Positions 12,700 to 27,189 of a stretch of 64,000 nucleotides of DNA are shown piece by piece; position 1 is the first letter of the stretch; each line of letters opens with the position of its first letter. The notes below the pieces were generated by a model that had not been told where the DNA came from, did no database searches, and saw nothing but the letters and a program-made list of their open reading frames with translations. The DNA lies in contig CM041465.1 of NCBI GenBank assembly GCA_023213395.1, forward strand, positions 211,551,741 through 211,615,740, in the 5' to 3' direction. The position numbers were made by a program, and so were the translations under genes. The DNA comes from Cycas panzhihuaensis. Taxonomy: Eukaryota; Plantae; Cycadophyta.

Positions 12700-14260
12700 C
12701 TGCATGTTACTCTTAACGAAGAGCCTCTAACATACCAAGAAGTTGTAAAACATACAGTTTAAAGAAATGCTATGAATGAAGAGTACCGATCTCTTATCAA
12801 GAACAGTATATAGGAGCTCATTGATCTACCACTAGGCAGAAAGGTAGTTCAAAATAAATGTGTGTTTAAAAACAAATATAGATTAGATGGTACCCTTGAA
12901 AAACACAAGGCGAGGTTGGTAGCTAAAGGATTTACCTAAAGGGAAGGCATTGACTACACTGAAGTTTTTGCACCTACAACCAAGTGGCCTACAATTAGAA
13001 CTCTTGTGGCCTTGGCTGCTCAATAGGGTTGGAAAACCCACCAACTCGATATTAAGACTGTATTTCTTAATGAAGATCTTGAAGAAAAAATTTACATGGC
13101 TCAGCGAGAAGGATATGAGATCGAAGGTCAAGAGCATAAAGTTTGCAGGCTCAGAAAGTCCTTCTACGGCCTTAAACAAGCCCCTTGTGCTTAGTTTACT
13201 AAGTTGTATGAAAGAATGAGGCAACTTAGATACGAGGTTTGTGACTACCAAGATATTGATGTAACATTGTTCATTAAGCACCATAAGGATAAAGTCACTT
13301 ATCTCATAATCTTTATGGATGTCATGCTCATAACGGGTAATAGTGAATAGGTAATAAGCTAGCTGAAAAAGGACCTTAGCAAAATGTTCAAATTATCTGA
13401 CCTTGCTTTGATGAAATATTACTTGGGAATTTAAATAATATAAAAGAATGGAAAAATTTTCCTCTCCCAAGAAAAATACATCAATGATCTTCTAACCAAG
13501 TTTCAATTAGAAGATGCTTGACCAGTGATGTTACCTATGGACCCTAATACCAAACTCTCAACTGAATGTAACACTAGGGAGAAATACGCAATACTCTATA
13601 GGAAACTTGTAGGTAGTCTTATCTACACTACCAATACAAGGCCAGATATTACACACTCTGTCAGCATTCTTGCTCATTACATGACAAATCCTAAGTAGAA
13701 TCATTGGTAGGCAACAGTGTAAGTGTTGAGATACCTTAAGACGACCAACAAATATGGTCTGTTATATGAACTTCATTCAAACTTTAAGATTTCTATATAT
13801 ATAGACTTAGACTTTATAGGAGATAAAGATATTGTAAGATCTACGTTTGGGTATGTAAGATTTCTTGAAACAACACCAATATCATGGAGATCTAGACAGC
13901 AAAAGATAGTTGTAGATTCAACTAACGAAGCTGAATACATTGTTACTTCTGAGACCAACAAGGAGGTGATATGACTTAGAAAATTATTGGAAACATTGAA
14001 TATCACCAAAACAAGTCCTACCAGTCTTCATGTGGATAATCAATCAGCAATCTACATGGCAAAAAATCATGTATTTCATGATCATACCAAACACATAAGT
14101 ACGAAAGTCCACAGGATTAGAGAATTTATTCATGACGGCATAATTCAACTGGAATACTGCCCAACAGCATATCAAGTGGACGATATCTTCATCAAACTGC
14201 TACAAAAGGTGAAGTTTGAATAGTTCTGAAGGTAGCTCAGTCGTGGGGCCTTCATCTTTA
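12700..14260 (+). pseudogene. Copia-2 reverse transcriptase-RNase H
   Basis: EEPLTYQE, KARLVAKGF, GIDYTEVFAP, YGLKQAP, ISWRSRQQ..STNEAEY, DNQSAIYMAKNHVFHDHTKHI, QVDDIFIK. Confidence 0.93.
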
Positions 14261-14713
14261 ATTAATCAATAAAAATGGCAATAGGATCATCATACTCTAT
14301 TCTCTTTATAAAAATCCCTTATGGACATGGAAGAATAAGAGTAAGTGTATGCTCTATCCTATTTATGAAAACCCCATGTGGGCATGGAAGGATAAGGGTT
14401 ATACTAGTTTTAGAAAATTAAAACCTGTGAAAACCCAAAAGGGCATAGGGGATGACCAAATGATATATGGAGACTTAGCAGATTAAGCTGGACATCTAAG
14501 CTGCTTGGTTATCAGGCTACATCAAAGACCCACCTTAACCATTTTTATTTATAAAAGGGGCTATAGATCTTAGAAAGTCTGTGGGTTTTTATTCCCCATG
14601 AGGGGTTTCCTAAAAAAGTGTCATTTAGAATTTCAATATAATAATGAGGCTCAAATGAAGACCTCATAGAATAGATTTTCTCAAAAATGACTTTCCACCA
14701 TTAAGGGAGGGAT

Positions 14714-15025
14714 TGAAAGAGGTTAATGTATCAAGGTCATTTGTGTAGATTAATTATATGACTTTAGGATATATTTATTAGCATTAGTTTCTTAATGAAA
14801 TGCACTTTATGTGCATTTAGATGTAATTTCATGTTTATGTCATTAGGCGGGAAAATCCTAACCCTAATGCTCACTGTCAATAATAAAAGGTGAAATCTCA
14901 AGGAGGGATTTATTATTCATTCTCACCTCCAAGCTTGCTCTCATATCTTGTTTCATATCTTTTTCATTCTCCATTGCCATTGTATGCATGTGAGTGATTT
15001 ATTCCCTAGATCCATCCTTCCTTCA
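14714..15025 (+). repeat. Copia-2 3' LTR
   Basis: Direct repeat of 8733..9044, preceded by the PPT. Confidence 0.95.
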
Positions 15026-17340
15026 GCCTAAGGGTAGTAAGGGGATAAGGTTTTATGAGAGATTTTAAATTTCTCATAAACCTCATCCATTTCTTTATTA
15101 TAAAATGGGGTCCTATTATTTGTGACTAAGATGTCAAGGATTCTAAGTCTACAAATGATATGTTAGAAAATAAAGTTGGTGATAGTCTTTCTCATCATAA
15201 GGGAAAGGGGAATTGCCTTATCCCACTTCATAAAGTATTATATTGTGGTTAGAATAAGCTTATGTTGGGCCAAAGATGGGGGCATTATATCCCCAACGAG
15301 ATTGATAACCCATTAGGAGAATGGCCATGGTAACATTATGGTATGTAACACTTTAGAAGGTTAGTGAATGATGTTGCAGTGCTCTTGACACTTCCAACAC
15401 CATTGCACATAATCATGAACATCTTTATTCAATGTAGGCTAATAGAATCCCATGTGTAAGATCCTTTAAGCCATGGATTAGCCTCCAAAATGGCATCCAT
15501 AAATGCTATCATGGCACTCGTAGAGGACTTGGTTTGTTTTATTAGAATTGACATATTTGACAAGGATTCCTTTAAAAGATCTCTTATACAACATGTCCTC
15601 TATGAGGAAGTATTGCCAAATAGTTTCCCTCATATGTAACTTTACCTTCTCCCTTACATCTTGAGGGTACTTTTGTTGGGTCAAATATAGGATAATGTCA
15701 CCATACCATGTGTCATTAATCGACCTTTTTCCTTTAGTTTAGTTGAGAGTAAAGATAATTTCGTCTAATAAAGAGTCATCTATTGGGATATTGGAAGAGT
15801 TTAGAAGGGGTGCATGAGCAAGTTACTTAGAAACCACCATTTCTTTCCTATAGATTTTTAGTTGATAATTTTGAGGTTGTACTCTTGTAGGAGGATGGTC
15901 CTTTTTCTAGTTCACCCTATCAAATCTAACCTCGTCATGAGATAACAAAGTAGGTCTAATTAGATGATGCCTTAATTTGTTAATGGTGAATACTAAGGCC
16001 AGACATTCCTTCTTAGTGGGGGAATAGTTAACTTTCACTACAATGAGTGTCTGACTTATGAAATAGATGACTCTTTTAATTTTTAAGTCATCGTCTTAGC
16101 TGAGCATAATGCGATGGACTCTTCTGTTACTGACATGTATAGGATAAATGGTTGGTCAAACATAGGCAGGGTCAAAATGGGAGTAGAGATGAGAGCCTAT
16201 TTGAGTTCTTAAAAGGCCTCTTAGGTTTTGGGGGACCAAATGAATGGGGTTCCCTACTTTAAGAGGTTTGTTAGTGGCTTTGCATTCAAAGTGAAGTCTG
16301 CCAAGAATCTTCTTAGTTATCCAAGCCTTCTCAAAAGTGGCTTGATTTACTTTTGGATTTTTGGTGGATGCATCTCTATTATGGCTTTAACCTTATTAAG
16401 ATTAACTTGGATCCCTTGTTGTGATACTTAAAATCCCAATAGATTTTTAGTCATGATGATGAACACATATTTAAGTGGGTTAAGGCTAACATGATATTTC
16501 TGACATCTAAGGAAGATCTTCCTTAAGCCAGTGGGGTGGTTGACTCTCTTACATGAGAGACCCATCAAGTCATCCATGAAGATCTTAAAGATTCTATTAA
16601 TAAGGTCATCGAAGATGAAATGTCTAGCTCATTGGTAAGTGATGCAATCATTTTTTAGGCTAAAGGGTATCTCCATATAGGCAAATGTCCCCAGGGAGTA
16701 GTGAGGGCTATTTTGTGATGGTTCTTAGGTGAGATTTAAATTTGATTATATCCCAAGAAACCATCCATGAAGGATATGACCTCAAATCAAGCGATCTATC
16801 AATGATCCGTCGATAAATGGGAGTAGAAAATTATCTTTAGGGCAGGTATTATTTATGTCACTAAAGTCTATATAAATACAAGTTATCCCATTCTTTTTGT
16901 CAACTAGCATGATGTTAGATACCCACTTTGGGTAATCTATAGATGTAATAAGGCTGGTACTATATAGCTTTGCCACTTCTATTTTCATAGTGGCTACTAG
17001 TTTTAGATATAAAGGCCTTTATTTTTGTCAGATGGATCTAGCTCTAAGGATGGTTTTTAAGATGTGAGTGACAATATCAGGGTTAATCCCCTTCACTCCT
17101 ATGTAATCCCATACAAATACATCTCAAATCTCATGCAGGAGCTTTGTATACTCCCTAACTTCATGGGGGCAGTACTTAGTGCCAATCTCGATGATCTTAT
17201 CTAAAACAAGGATAATATCCCTTGTTGCTCCAACATATAAAACATTCCCCTCTTTGAAATAAGGAGGGACCTTATTTATTTGGGGATCAGGAGAAATGTC
17301 AATCATATTGGGGTTGGCTAGGGGGAGACTAGACAAGGCA
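15026..17340 (-). pseudogene. Tat-A RT, RNase H and integrase N-terminal part
   Basis: RT: YPKWVSNIMLVDKKNG..CIYIDFSDINNTCPKDNFLLPFID (16782..16988), IFMDDL (~16570). Integrase: WYGDIILYL..LYKRSFKGILVK..LYECHDSIYGCHFGG (15478..15684). No aRH between RH and INT. Confidence 0.9.
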
Positions 17341-18399
17341 TTTCTAAAACCCTAATTTTTGATGATTTAAAGATAGATTGGGGGATGAGCCTACCAAGTG
17401 TTTGATTAGGGCTTTGTCATTCTTAAAGCAATCTACTCTATAAATGGTCTTACTCATAAGAGGTAGAGGTAGGCTTGGTTGTAATAAGAACTCATATTAG
17501 TTTATTATCTACTCTATAAAATGAGTGGACTCCTCACACGAGTTTGAGTGAAGTGACAAAATTAACTAGTTCCCCATTATAAAGAAGGGAGTCTCTTAGG
17601 GGTAGGGGTCACATATAATCAACTCATTGTGGGAGAAAATAGACTTAGAGTCCTTGTCTAATCCACACATGAAAGGGGCCTTGTTTGGCATAATGGTTGG
17701 GGCCACAAGAGTAGAGCAACTCCCCATATATCAAATCATGTTAATGGTTTAAGGTGGGAGGGGTATGACTGAGGAAGGATTAGCTTTAAGGAGGTAGACT
17801 CATTAGTGACATACTAAGGAATTTCTCCTTAGAAAGTAGACTAAATAGGGAGAGGAGGAACATGCCTATTAGGCATGGGCATCATAAGATCGTTACTAGG
17901 TTAGTCTAGGTGTCTGTTGTATAGCAGTTGAGAAACATGGTGAGCTAACCAAGTTCACAACAAAGGGGATTCTTGATAAGAGGGAGGTTGGGAAGAGTAT
18001 GCTTGTGTACTCTCATTGAAATTGGGTTAGAATTGGGAAGGGCCCATAGTATAAGGGTTTAGGTCGAAACGAGGAGGAGCATCTCCATGAGACACCACTC
18101 TTTAGGTGGTGGTAATGAAAGCCACCTACCATGGGGGTGACTCAAATACCTCATCCTTTAACTTGGGATCACTTAACACAACTAGATAACCATAATTGTG
18201 TATGCTTATACGAGTGAAATACACTAAGCTTAGTTGAGGAAAGGAGGGATCTTTCCCTTAGTAGGGTTATTCTTCATTAAAGGAGGTAGTTATGGATGGG
18301 TTAAGGGGTTTCTCATCCCCATCCATAATGATGAATATGGATTGATAAGTTGAGAGAGAGGTCTAAGAGGGAGGAGGCTCACAAGGCACAACTCAAACT

Positions 18400-18900
18400 T
18401 GTCCCTCATGGACAAACTTGAGTTGCCCCTATAATAAGGAGTAGACTGTTCCTATTTGGTTCAACTAAGGTCGGCCTAAAACGAGGTTGTAGTTAATATC
18501 AATGTCTAAGATGACAACATTAGTAGAGACGATCTTATACTTAAGAGTGAGGAGTAAGATTACTATCCCTAAAGGTGTCTCCTCACTCTTATTATTCCCT
18601 TAACATTTCTAAGGGATAGGCTTAAGAGCCTCAATACTTAATCTTTTAAGCATTTTGAATGGGTATTTTGTTCACTAAGGAACTATTGTCCATAATGGTC
18701 CTCTTCAAAGTGAACTTAGACATCTGAATCATAATGGTAAAGGGATAGTACCAGTGATATTGTCTCTCACAAATAAGTGGTGGATCATGTGGATTGAAAG
18801 AGATAAGGGGAGAGCCATAAGATATTGTGGCCATGGCATAGATGGTTGCATCCTTTTATCTAAGGGCCTCTAACAGTAGATCTCATTGGTTAGGACAACT
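18400..18900 (-). pseudogene. Tat-A aspartic protease region
   Basis: KRTIMDNSSLVNKIP (decayed LIDxGSSxNxIP) and YNLVLGRP motif (~18475). Confidence 0.75.
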
Positions 18901-19424
18901 ATACAAAATGTCCACCATAGTCATTCCTATAGATATATTGTAGAGCTTCATAATAATGGAGAAGGTCTTACCCTTACTTATGGGTTAGGGAAGAGCTCGT
19001 CTAAAGTTGTATCATCTTGGTTAGACTAGTATGGTCTTCAAAACTACTAGGATCTCAATAGAGGAGGTCTCCAAGGAGGGTTGTTGGGATGCAGAGGCCT
19101 CCCCAACCTCCTTTATTACTTGAGAATGAGTCAGAGGATGGACTTAAGTGGTCTCCAACATGTGTATGATTCATTTTCCCTTAGCATCAGGGCACGGGGA
19201 TGAGTTTTAAGCCATAAGGATCTAGAGAGAGGAGAAATTAACTAGGGTTTTACCCTTTGATTGATCGAATAAAGGGGCAGGTAGGTTCCCCTTCCTTTAG
19301 GGATGGAGGTGCCCCTTACCTCATTGATTTTAAGGTTATGGTGGTTGTTGAGGAGCATCATGGTTGAGGAAGGGATCTTAGTGAATGGGTTAGTCTAAAT
19401 TTAGCTTGGAAGTGGACTAGGAAG

Positions 19425-19772
19425 GGGGATCCCTTAGTAGGACAAGGTAGAGATATTGAGTCCAACATTGAGCATCATCGTAGGCACACTGGCCATGAAC
19501 GTAATACCATCTCTCCTCAAAAGAGGATTTTGGCCTCTTTTCTTATGAAGGTTTGTGATCCTCTTTTGTTGATTATATAGTTTGGGCAGTCTAGTAGACC
19601 AACCTATAACTATATAAATGAGCTTATGGCTTAGTAGGGACTTAAGAGGGTTAGAGCTTCAAATCCTTAAGTTCTTATTTAAAAGAATGGATGATGGAGA
19701 TAAATAAATCCATAGTCTTATCAAGAGTGCCAACATAGGACTTTGATGATGGTTGTTGTACCCTTTGGTAAG
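19425..19772. repeat. ~350 bp direct duplication of Tat-A gag-region sequence (other copy 42445..42796) flanking Copia-3
   Basis: GGGGATCCCTTAGT...TACCCTTTGGT present on both sides of Copia-3, ~13% mismatch by eye. Confidence 0.9.
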
Positions 19773-19777
19773 GGGGA

Positions 19778-20083
19778 TGTTGGGTGAAGGATCTAATTAC
19801 CACACTCCACTATACTAAAGAAATGGCACATAATAAGAGCAAAATAAAGAGAACAAGATTGAGAGAAAAAATGAGAGGTGAGAATTATGACTCTCCCTTT
19901 CACATTCAACCTTATATATTAGAGGATATACATTATGGTTTCCAAAGGAGGTTTTTGCCTAATGACATGATCCTGAAATTATGCTTAAATATAAATGAAA
20001 TTACATTTAATTATGTGACTTATCTAACCTAAAGCTACCTTCATATAATTAATCTAATGACCTTGATGCATTAACATCCATCA
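19778..20083 (-). repeat. Copia-3 3' LTR
   Basis: TGTTGGG...CCATCA, direct repeat of 42143..42444. Confidence 0.95.
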
Positions 20084-20529
20084 ATTCCCCCCTTAATGAT
20101 AAAAGGTCATTATGATAAAATCTATTCTATGAGGTCTTCATTTTGAGCCTCATTATTACATTAATTCTTTTATGGGAAAACCCTTATGGGGAATAAAAAC
20201 CCACAAACATTCTAAGATCTATAGCCCCTTAAATCAAAATGACTAAGGTGGCTCTTGATGTAGCCTAATAACTAAGCAACTTAAATATGTATCTTGATCT
20301 ATTGAGTTTCTATATACCATTTAGTCATCCTCCATGCCCTTTTAGGTTTTTATAGGTTTCGATTTTCCAAGACTAGTGCAACCCTTATCCTTCTGTGCCT
20401 ATAAGGAGTTTTCATAAATAAGATAGAGCAGAGAATTACTCTTATTATTTTGTACCTACAAGAAGTTTTCATGAATGAAATAGAGTATGATGATCCTATT
20501 GTCATCTCCTCCAATCAGTCAGAGATGGA

Positions 20530-23500
20530 GGCCCAAAGGCTAAGCTACCTACGAAATTATTCAAACTTCACCTTTTATAGTAGCTTGGTGAAGATATCAA
20601 CCACTTAATCTAATATGGGACAATACTCTAGTTTAATTATTCCATCATGAACTAATTCTCAAATCCTATAGACTTTCGTACTTATGGGTTAGGTACAATT
20701 ATGAAATACAAGGTTTTTTGCCATGTGAATTGCTGATTAATTATCCACACAAAGGCTAATAGGACTTGTTTGGGTGATACTCAATGTTTCCAATAATTTC
20801 CTAAGCCATATAACCTCCTTAATGGTCTTAAAAGTAGCAATGTATTCAACCTCAGTAATTGAATTAGCAACTATCTTCTATCATCTAGATCTCCATGATA
20901 TTAGTGTTATTTTAAGAAACATTACATACCCAGACATGGATCTCCCTATGTCTTTATCTCTAACAAAGTCTGAGTCTGTGTATGCATATAATTTAAACTC
21001 TAAAATTAGGTTCATATAGTAGAACATATTTGCTGGTCATCTTAAAGTACCTCAACACTCACATTGCTACCTACTAGTGATTCTGCTTAGGACTTTTTAT
21101 ATAACGAGAATGAATACCGATAGAGTGTGTAATATCAGGTCTTATATTAGTAGTATAGATGAGACTACTTACAAGTTACCTATAAATTATTTTATCTACC
21201 TCTTGATTATTGTCATCAGCTATCAGTTTGACATTGGGTTCCATTGGAGTGGCTATAGTTCAAGCACCTTCTAACTAAAACTTTGTTAGAAGATCGTTGA
21301 TGTACTTTTCTTAAGAAAAAAAGATTTTGCCATCTTTCTAAGTGAATTCAATCCCCAAGTAGTATTTCATCAACCTAAGGTCAGATAATTTAAACATTTT
21401 AATTAAGTTATTCATTAGCTGGTTGATTGCTTGATGATTGTTCCCCGCTATAAGCCTATCATCCATAAAGATTAAGAGATAAATGAATTTATCTTTTTGG
21501 TGTTTGATGAATAGTGTCGCATCAATATCTTAGTAGTTATAAACTTCATATCCATGTTGCCTCATTATTTTTGACAACTTGGTGAACCAAGCACAAGGGG
21601 ATTATTTAAGGCTGTATAAAGACTTTTTGAGCTTGCACACCTTATGCTCTAGACCAGCAATCTCAAATCCTTCAGGTTGAGTCATGTAGATTTCTTCTTC
21701 AAGATCACCATTGAGAAATGTAGTTTTTACATCGAGCTTATGAATCTTTCAGTCTTGTTGAGTTGTTAAGGCCATAAGAGTTATTATTATGGGCCACTTG
21801 GTTGTATGTGCAAAGATTTTAGTGTAGTTGATGCCTTTCCTTTATGTGAATTTGTTTGCTACCAAACTTGCCTTATGTTTTTCAAGGGTGTTATCCAATT
21901 TATATTTATTTTTGTACACCCATTTATTTTGAACTACCTTTCTTCTAAGTGGTAGGTCAATGAGCTTCCATCTACTATTTTTTATAAGAGATTGATACTC
22001 TTCATTCATGGCATTCCTCCAAGCTATGTATTTTATAGCTTCTTGGTACGAGAAGGGCTCTTCATTAAGAGCAAGATGTAGTTCTACTGGTTCTAACTCA
22101 ATGAAAAGTGATTCCTGCATCTTAGCTCTATGAGCACTTTGAATGCTAATTTTGCCCACCTCATTAGGTCACATATTCTTATTTAGCTGGCAAGCTTCAC
22201 AAGAACCTCAAGTTGGAAATGAGGTCTTCATTTCTTCAACTACATGGTCTTTATTTGGATCCTGAAAAGGATCATTTTTTATATTTGTTGACAAGGATAT
22301 TAACGCATTTGGAGAGCATGGTCTGTCTTCCACTGCTTTGCCTTTGTCAACTCTGCTATTCTTGAATGGTGGTGCATGATGTGCACTCATTGGTTTAGAG
22401 TCATAACTATTATCCTCCGTAGCTCTATTGTTAGATTCTAATAGTTTAAGTAATACTTGAGTGTCTACCCCCCCCTAAATTTTAGAATCTATGTGTCATA
22501 TTAAGTAGCATCACAATAATAGTGGTTCGGTATTTGGAGTCTAATTATAATAATTAATCCTCTATTTCATCAAACACCATGTCTCTAGTGACAATAATCT
22601 TCCATTATAAAAGTATAAAGACCTTATACCCTTTCTTGTCCATAGGGTATCTAACAAAGATTCCTTTAAGTGCCCTAGGTTGGAGTTTATTTCTATCTCC
22701 ATTCAATATATGGGCATAACATATTGAGCCAAATATTTTGAAGTGGTAGATAGTGGGGGCTTGTCTAGTCCACTTTTAATTAGGAGAAGTTCCTCCTTTA
22801 AATGGGCTAATGGCATTCATGCAATAAACAACTGACTAAATTACTTTTGTCCATAGGTAAGCAAGTACATTTTTATGAATCAACATAGCTCAAGCTATAT
22901 TCATAATAGACTTGTTCATGTGCATGGAAACTCTATTATATTGGGGGGTGCCTACTATTGTAGTATTATGCTTGATGCTATTATCTCATACATAGGTTTT
23001 AAACTTAGTAGAGGTATATTCTCTACCATTATCTATTTAGAGATACTTAATCTAATAATCTAACTCTTTTTTAGTATGAGCTTTAAAGCTTTAAAGACAC
23101 CAAATGTCTCATCTTTTCTAGTTAAAAAGGTTGCCCACACTTTCCTAGTAAAATCATCAATGAAGGATATGTAATATAATTTTTGCTTCAATGATGGAAT
23201 GGGAATTGGTCTACTTAGATCAGAATGTACCAATTAAAGAGGATGACTCCATTTCCATTGACTATCAGTAAGGGCTATCTATAAGATTTGGCTATGATAC
23301 ATGCTTCACATTTAAAAGGTTTAGAGGAGAACTTGGGCAGACCTAGAAGGGTATGACAAAGATCTCTAAGTCGATCGATATGAATATGGCCCATGCAAGC
23401 AATCCAAAGAACATCTAAGGATAACTTAGGATGTGTTAAAGTGGTAATAAAAGCAAAGTCTTCATCAACATAAGGGCTTTAAATAAAATTAACTTTAAAA

Positions 23501-24540
23501 AATGGGGAGTTATTCAACTTAAATAATTTTCTAGTAAGCTTTCTAGTCAAGACCACTCGATTTGTTGGAGGTTGAATGACCTAGAGAGTTTGGTCATTTG
23601 TAATAAAACTAAGATCGAATCCATAAGAGATAAGAGTAGATGAGAAAAGTAGGTTTTGTTTTAGATTAAGAATGTACATGACATCAAGTAATGTAAAGTC
23701 TCTTAAGCCTAAGAGTTTTAGGTATATGTTTCCAATACCTTTGATCGGTTGTTGGGATTTGTCAGCCATGTGAATGACACCATATATATTAGAATCAAAA
23801 GTTTGATATAGATCCCGATTACAGGTCATATGTTGTGTCACTCCTATATCCATAATCCATGAGGAGGTGTCTGAAGTTATACTATTTGTAACTCTAAGAG
23901 GGTTTGTATTGGTGATTCAAGATCACAAGTGGCATAACCACAATGAGCTTCAAAATAGCTCTTAGTTTGATCAATGGTTCTTCTCTTAAATCTTTGAATA
24001 TATGCTTGAGAAAAACCTATGCCACCAAATTGTTCTTCACATGTTTTATCAATATTGTGAGTCTTGTATTTCTATTAAATCTTAGGCAATATGTATACAA
24101 GTATATGACAATCCTTTGCAAGGTGTCCTTTCCTATTGCCCCTTTCACACATGATAATCTAATTTCTAGTTCATGAAGTAATGGTTTGTCCTGATTATCT
24201 TGTATTAAAAGGTGGTGCTTAGCCTTGAGACTATTTAGGTTGCTATTGTTGAGGGTTTTGTTAACCTTGTAACTGATTTCCTCTGCCTTGTCCTCTATCC
24301 CTTGCTTGGTTATTTCCTCTACCACGAGAGGGACCTGGATTCTTTGAGAACTATACTTCTTCTTCCACATCAAAAACTACATCTAGAAGAGAATCTGAAG
24401 TTGTAAAATTAGTATCAAAGGTCTTATCAAAATTTATAAACTTCTTTTCAAGAGCTTCGAAGTTAAGTATCTTCAATGTTCCACTTGATTGAAGACTCGC
24501 AAGCAAGTTCTTATAATCAAGTGTATATAAATAGGACTAT
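20530..24540 (-). pseudogene. Copia-3 gag C-terminus, protease, integrase, RT, RNase H
   Basis: Protease WIMDIGVTQHMT (ORF 23581..23853); integrase LVHSDL, FIDDFTRKVW, GIFVRYP, IVTRDMVFDE; RT EEPFSYQEA..KHKASLVANKF (21842..22159); RNase H VDIFTKL (~20590). Confidence 0.92.
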
Positions 24541-24545
24541 ATGAG

Positions 24546-26990
24546 TGGTGCATTCTTGGGAGGACCTAAACTAGACATCCCTAGATTGCCAAGGTATTAT
24601 CTTTGTTTTGATTTAAAGTGGAAGATATGGAGTTTAAAAAGTCTTAAGGGACCACCTTTTCCCAACTCCTAAGAAGGAGTCTTCACCTAGTTATGACATC
24701 TAATAAAGTATGAATGAAGGATGTGATGAAAGGCATGGATGTGAAAGAGGGGTAGTAGAATATGCTAACATACAAAATTGGGTGAAGGAGTTTTAGATTC
24801 AGAGTTACACTAACAGTGTTTTCAATATCCTTCTTAGGGACTCCTTTCAAATAATCTTTTTAACATTTCGAGTTCTACTGGGATGTAGGAAAAGGTAAGC
24901 AAATGGAAATTTTGTTCTTTAATTTTCCTCCTTTTTCTTGTTTCCTTTTCCTTGTCTTTTCTTTAGTTTAGTTCTTCTTTCGATTTTGTTTTTCTTTTTT
25001 TCCTTTTCTTTTTATTTTTTTTTCTTTGTTTATTTGTTATGCTCAATAAAGCAAAATAAAATACATTAAAAGGGCTATTTTACTTCCAATAAACAAACAA
25101 AGAAAGGTTATAACTAGATGCATGTAAACTTTTCATGTCTTTTTTCCATTTTCTTTAAAGAAATGAAAGATGCAAATGCAAGTATGAAACTATCCTTCTA
25201 CATGAAAGCTATGCACCTTACAATGAATCGAAAGATACTTTCAAGAGATGCAATACACATAATATGATTGTTTGTGCAAGCTTTCTAAAGAAATCAATAA
25301 CATACAATGCTATTTGATAGATGTCGCTTTACATGCATGTAACTAATTACTTGAAAATATGATGTATGATGCAAAAAATAAGAGATTTGAAGAGGATGTT
25401 ACTGTTGCTTTTAATAATCTTTTAGATTTATAAGATCACATACAATCAATAAATTTGAACCATGACTTTCATGCAAGATACTAGCTTCAAAGACTCTATC
25501 ATGGTTGGAGTAAGAAAGACTCCAAAAGGATCCTTGAGCCTTTAACAAACTGAAAAATCAGACATGCATTTACTTTTCAACACTTTTAACTTTTTTTTTA
25601 AGATAAAAAAAGTAAACTTAAGAGTGAAACTAAGCAAACCATAAGACTATGAAATTGAAGCATCTTTCCTATTGTAAATAAATGCCTCAAAATGATAATT
25701 TTCCATCTAACTAATCAATATTTTTCAATGATTTACTTTAAAACAAACCAAAGGAGAAAACCAACCAAATAAAAAGGCTAAACCACAACTAAACAATTCC
25801 AAAAAGGAGTGGAAAATTGCTTGAAATATAAGCTACTGTAGAAGAATAGGAAGGGATAGCTAGATGAGTAGGGGAGAGATGACCATGCCCTACCCTAGTC
25901 TAGCCCTTAAGGAACCCCATAAAGGGCTAATCTTTTAGTAAGTATTTTAAGGCCCAAAATAAGTACAATATCAATGCAGTAATCAACCAAAGAAATGAGT
26001 AATTTCTGAGCAAAATCCACCTTCAAATACTGTGAAATTAACTAGAAACTTAATAGGAAAGACCTTACCTAATTAAAAGATGTTTGAAGCATGAAACTTT
26101 AATAAAAGTCTATACAAATTGAAGCTTAGACCATCAACATTCAAATATTAGTAACTCACGAAGTCATAGCATCAAAAATATTCCATGATTTTAGTCGTAA
26201 GTCTTTTTAAAATCTAAATTTTAATCACAATAATAGTAGTCTTCAAAATCCTTAAGAAAACTAAAAAAATCCATTACAAACTTGAGTAAATCATTAGTAA
26301 CTCATTAACAATGAATCACAAAACCCTAAACATCATTCCTGGGTATCGAAGAGATTAAATCCCATTAAATCTGGGCATTGACATGCAAAATTCTAGCATG
26401 CTGGCTAAGTTTTGCATGCATGACAGTAAAAAATGTGACTGTCATATTTTTGAACCTACAAAAATATGACTTTACACTAAAAATGTGATCAGTCGTACTT
26501 TTGGCAGTGCCAAAAATATGACAGATATGGAGGTAAAAAATTCACTTAAATAAGTCAAAATTTGATATTCAAACACATAATGAAGCCTAAATGACTTTAT
26601 AAATAAATAAATAAGCCTAGAAGAAGGTGAAAATGCTAAATACAAGCCCAAAAATGAGAAAAACAAATGACAAAGTTAGGTGAAATCAAAGACAAAATGT
26701 AAAAATAATAGGTTTTAAAGGAGACATTATGTCAAATTGATCATGAAGGAAGACTTTAGTTCCATAGTCTCAGTCATTAGCAACTAATGGTAAAAATACA
26801 AGTCACATCATTATTCATCATTATTCATCATAAATCATTAAACCAAATTCATACTTTCCTTTATCAAAACATGGCCTATTTCATAATCAAACAAATACAC
26901 CTTTCATTTTCTATAAAACCATATAACAAACATATCAAAACTCACAACTACAAATCAAATACCAATCAAAGGCCATGTTTTGGTAAAACA
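24546..26990 (-). repeat. Tat-B 3' LTR (~2.44 kb)
   Basis: TGGTGCATTC...GGTAAAACA, direct repeat of 37154..39584. Confidence 0.95.
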
Positions 26991-27189
26991 CTTACCCCCT
27001 TAACACCTGAAGCTCCTATTCAAAGAAGAGATAGGATGGTGAGAGGTGGTAATAATACAAGTAATCATCATCCTGGTCAAAGTGATAGGAACCTAATGAA
27101 GTATATGAATGATAGGGTGATAAACTCTATGATTGAACCTAAAACAAAATCCACACAATAATAGAACTGTAAAAAACTCCTACTAGCAA

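Larger units (their letters stand above)
8733..15025 (+). mobile_element. Copia-2: Ty1/copia element, internally deleted (no protease or integrase), inserted in the Tat-A integrase
   Basis: 312 bp LTRs TG..CA at 8733..9044 and 14714..15025 (~7% mismatch). PBS TGGTATCATAGC at 9047-9058; PPT AAGGGAGGGA at 14703-14712. TSD GCATG/GCCTA, both one change from the ancestral GCCTG inside the YPQANG codons. Confidence 0.93.

Noticed and set aside
12883-13284. 133 aa minus-strand ORF and similar antisense ORFs (13773..14009, 20774..21274)
   Set aside because: Antisense shadows of copia RT/RNase H
15700-15960. Classification of Tat-A as Ogre/Retand
   Set aside because: No aRH between RNase H and integrase; RH runs directly into the WYxDIxxYL pre-integrase motif, and the aRH lies 3' of integrase instead
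26787-27161. 124 aa ORF
   Set aside because: Spans the LTR/PPT boundary on the antisense strand, with no recognisable motif
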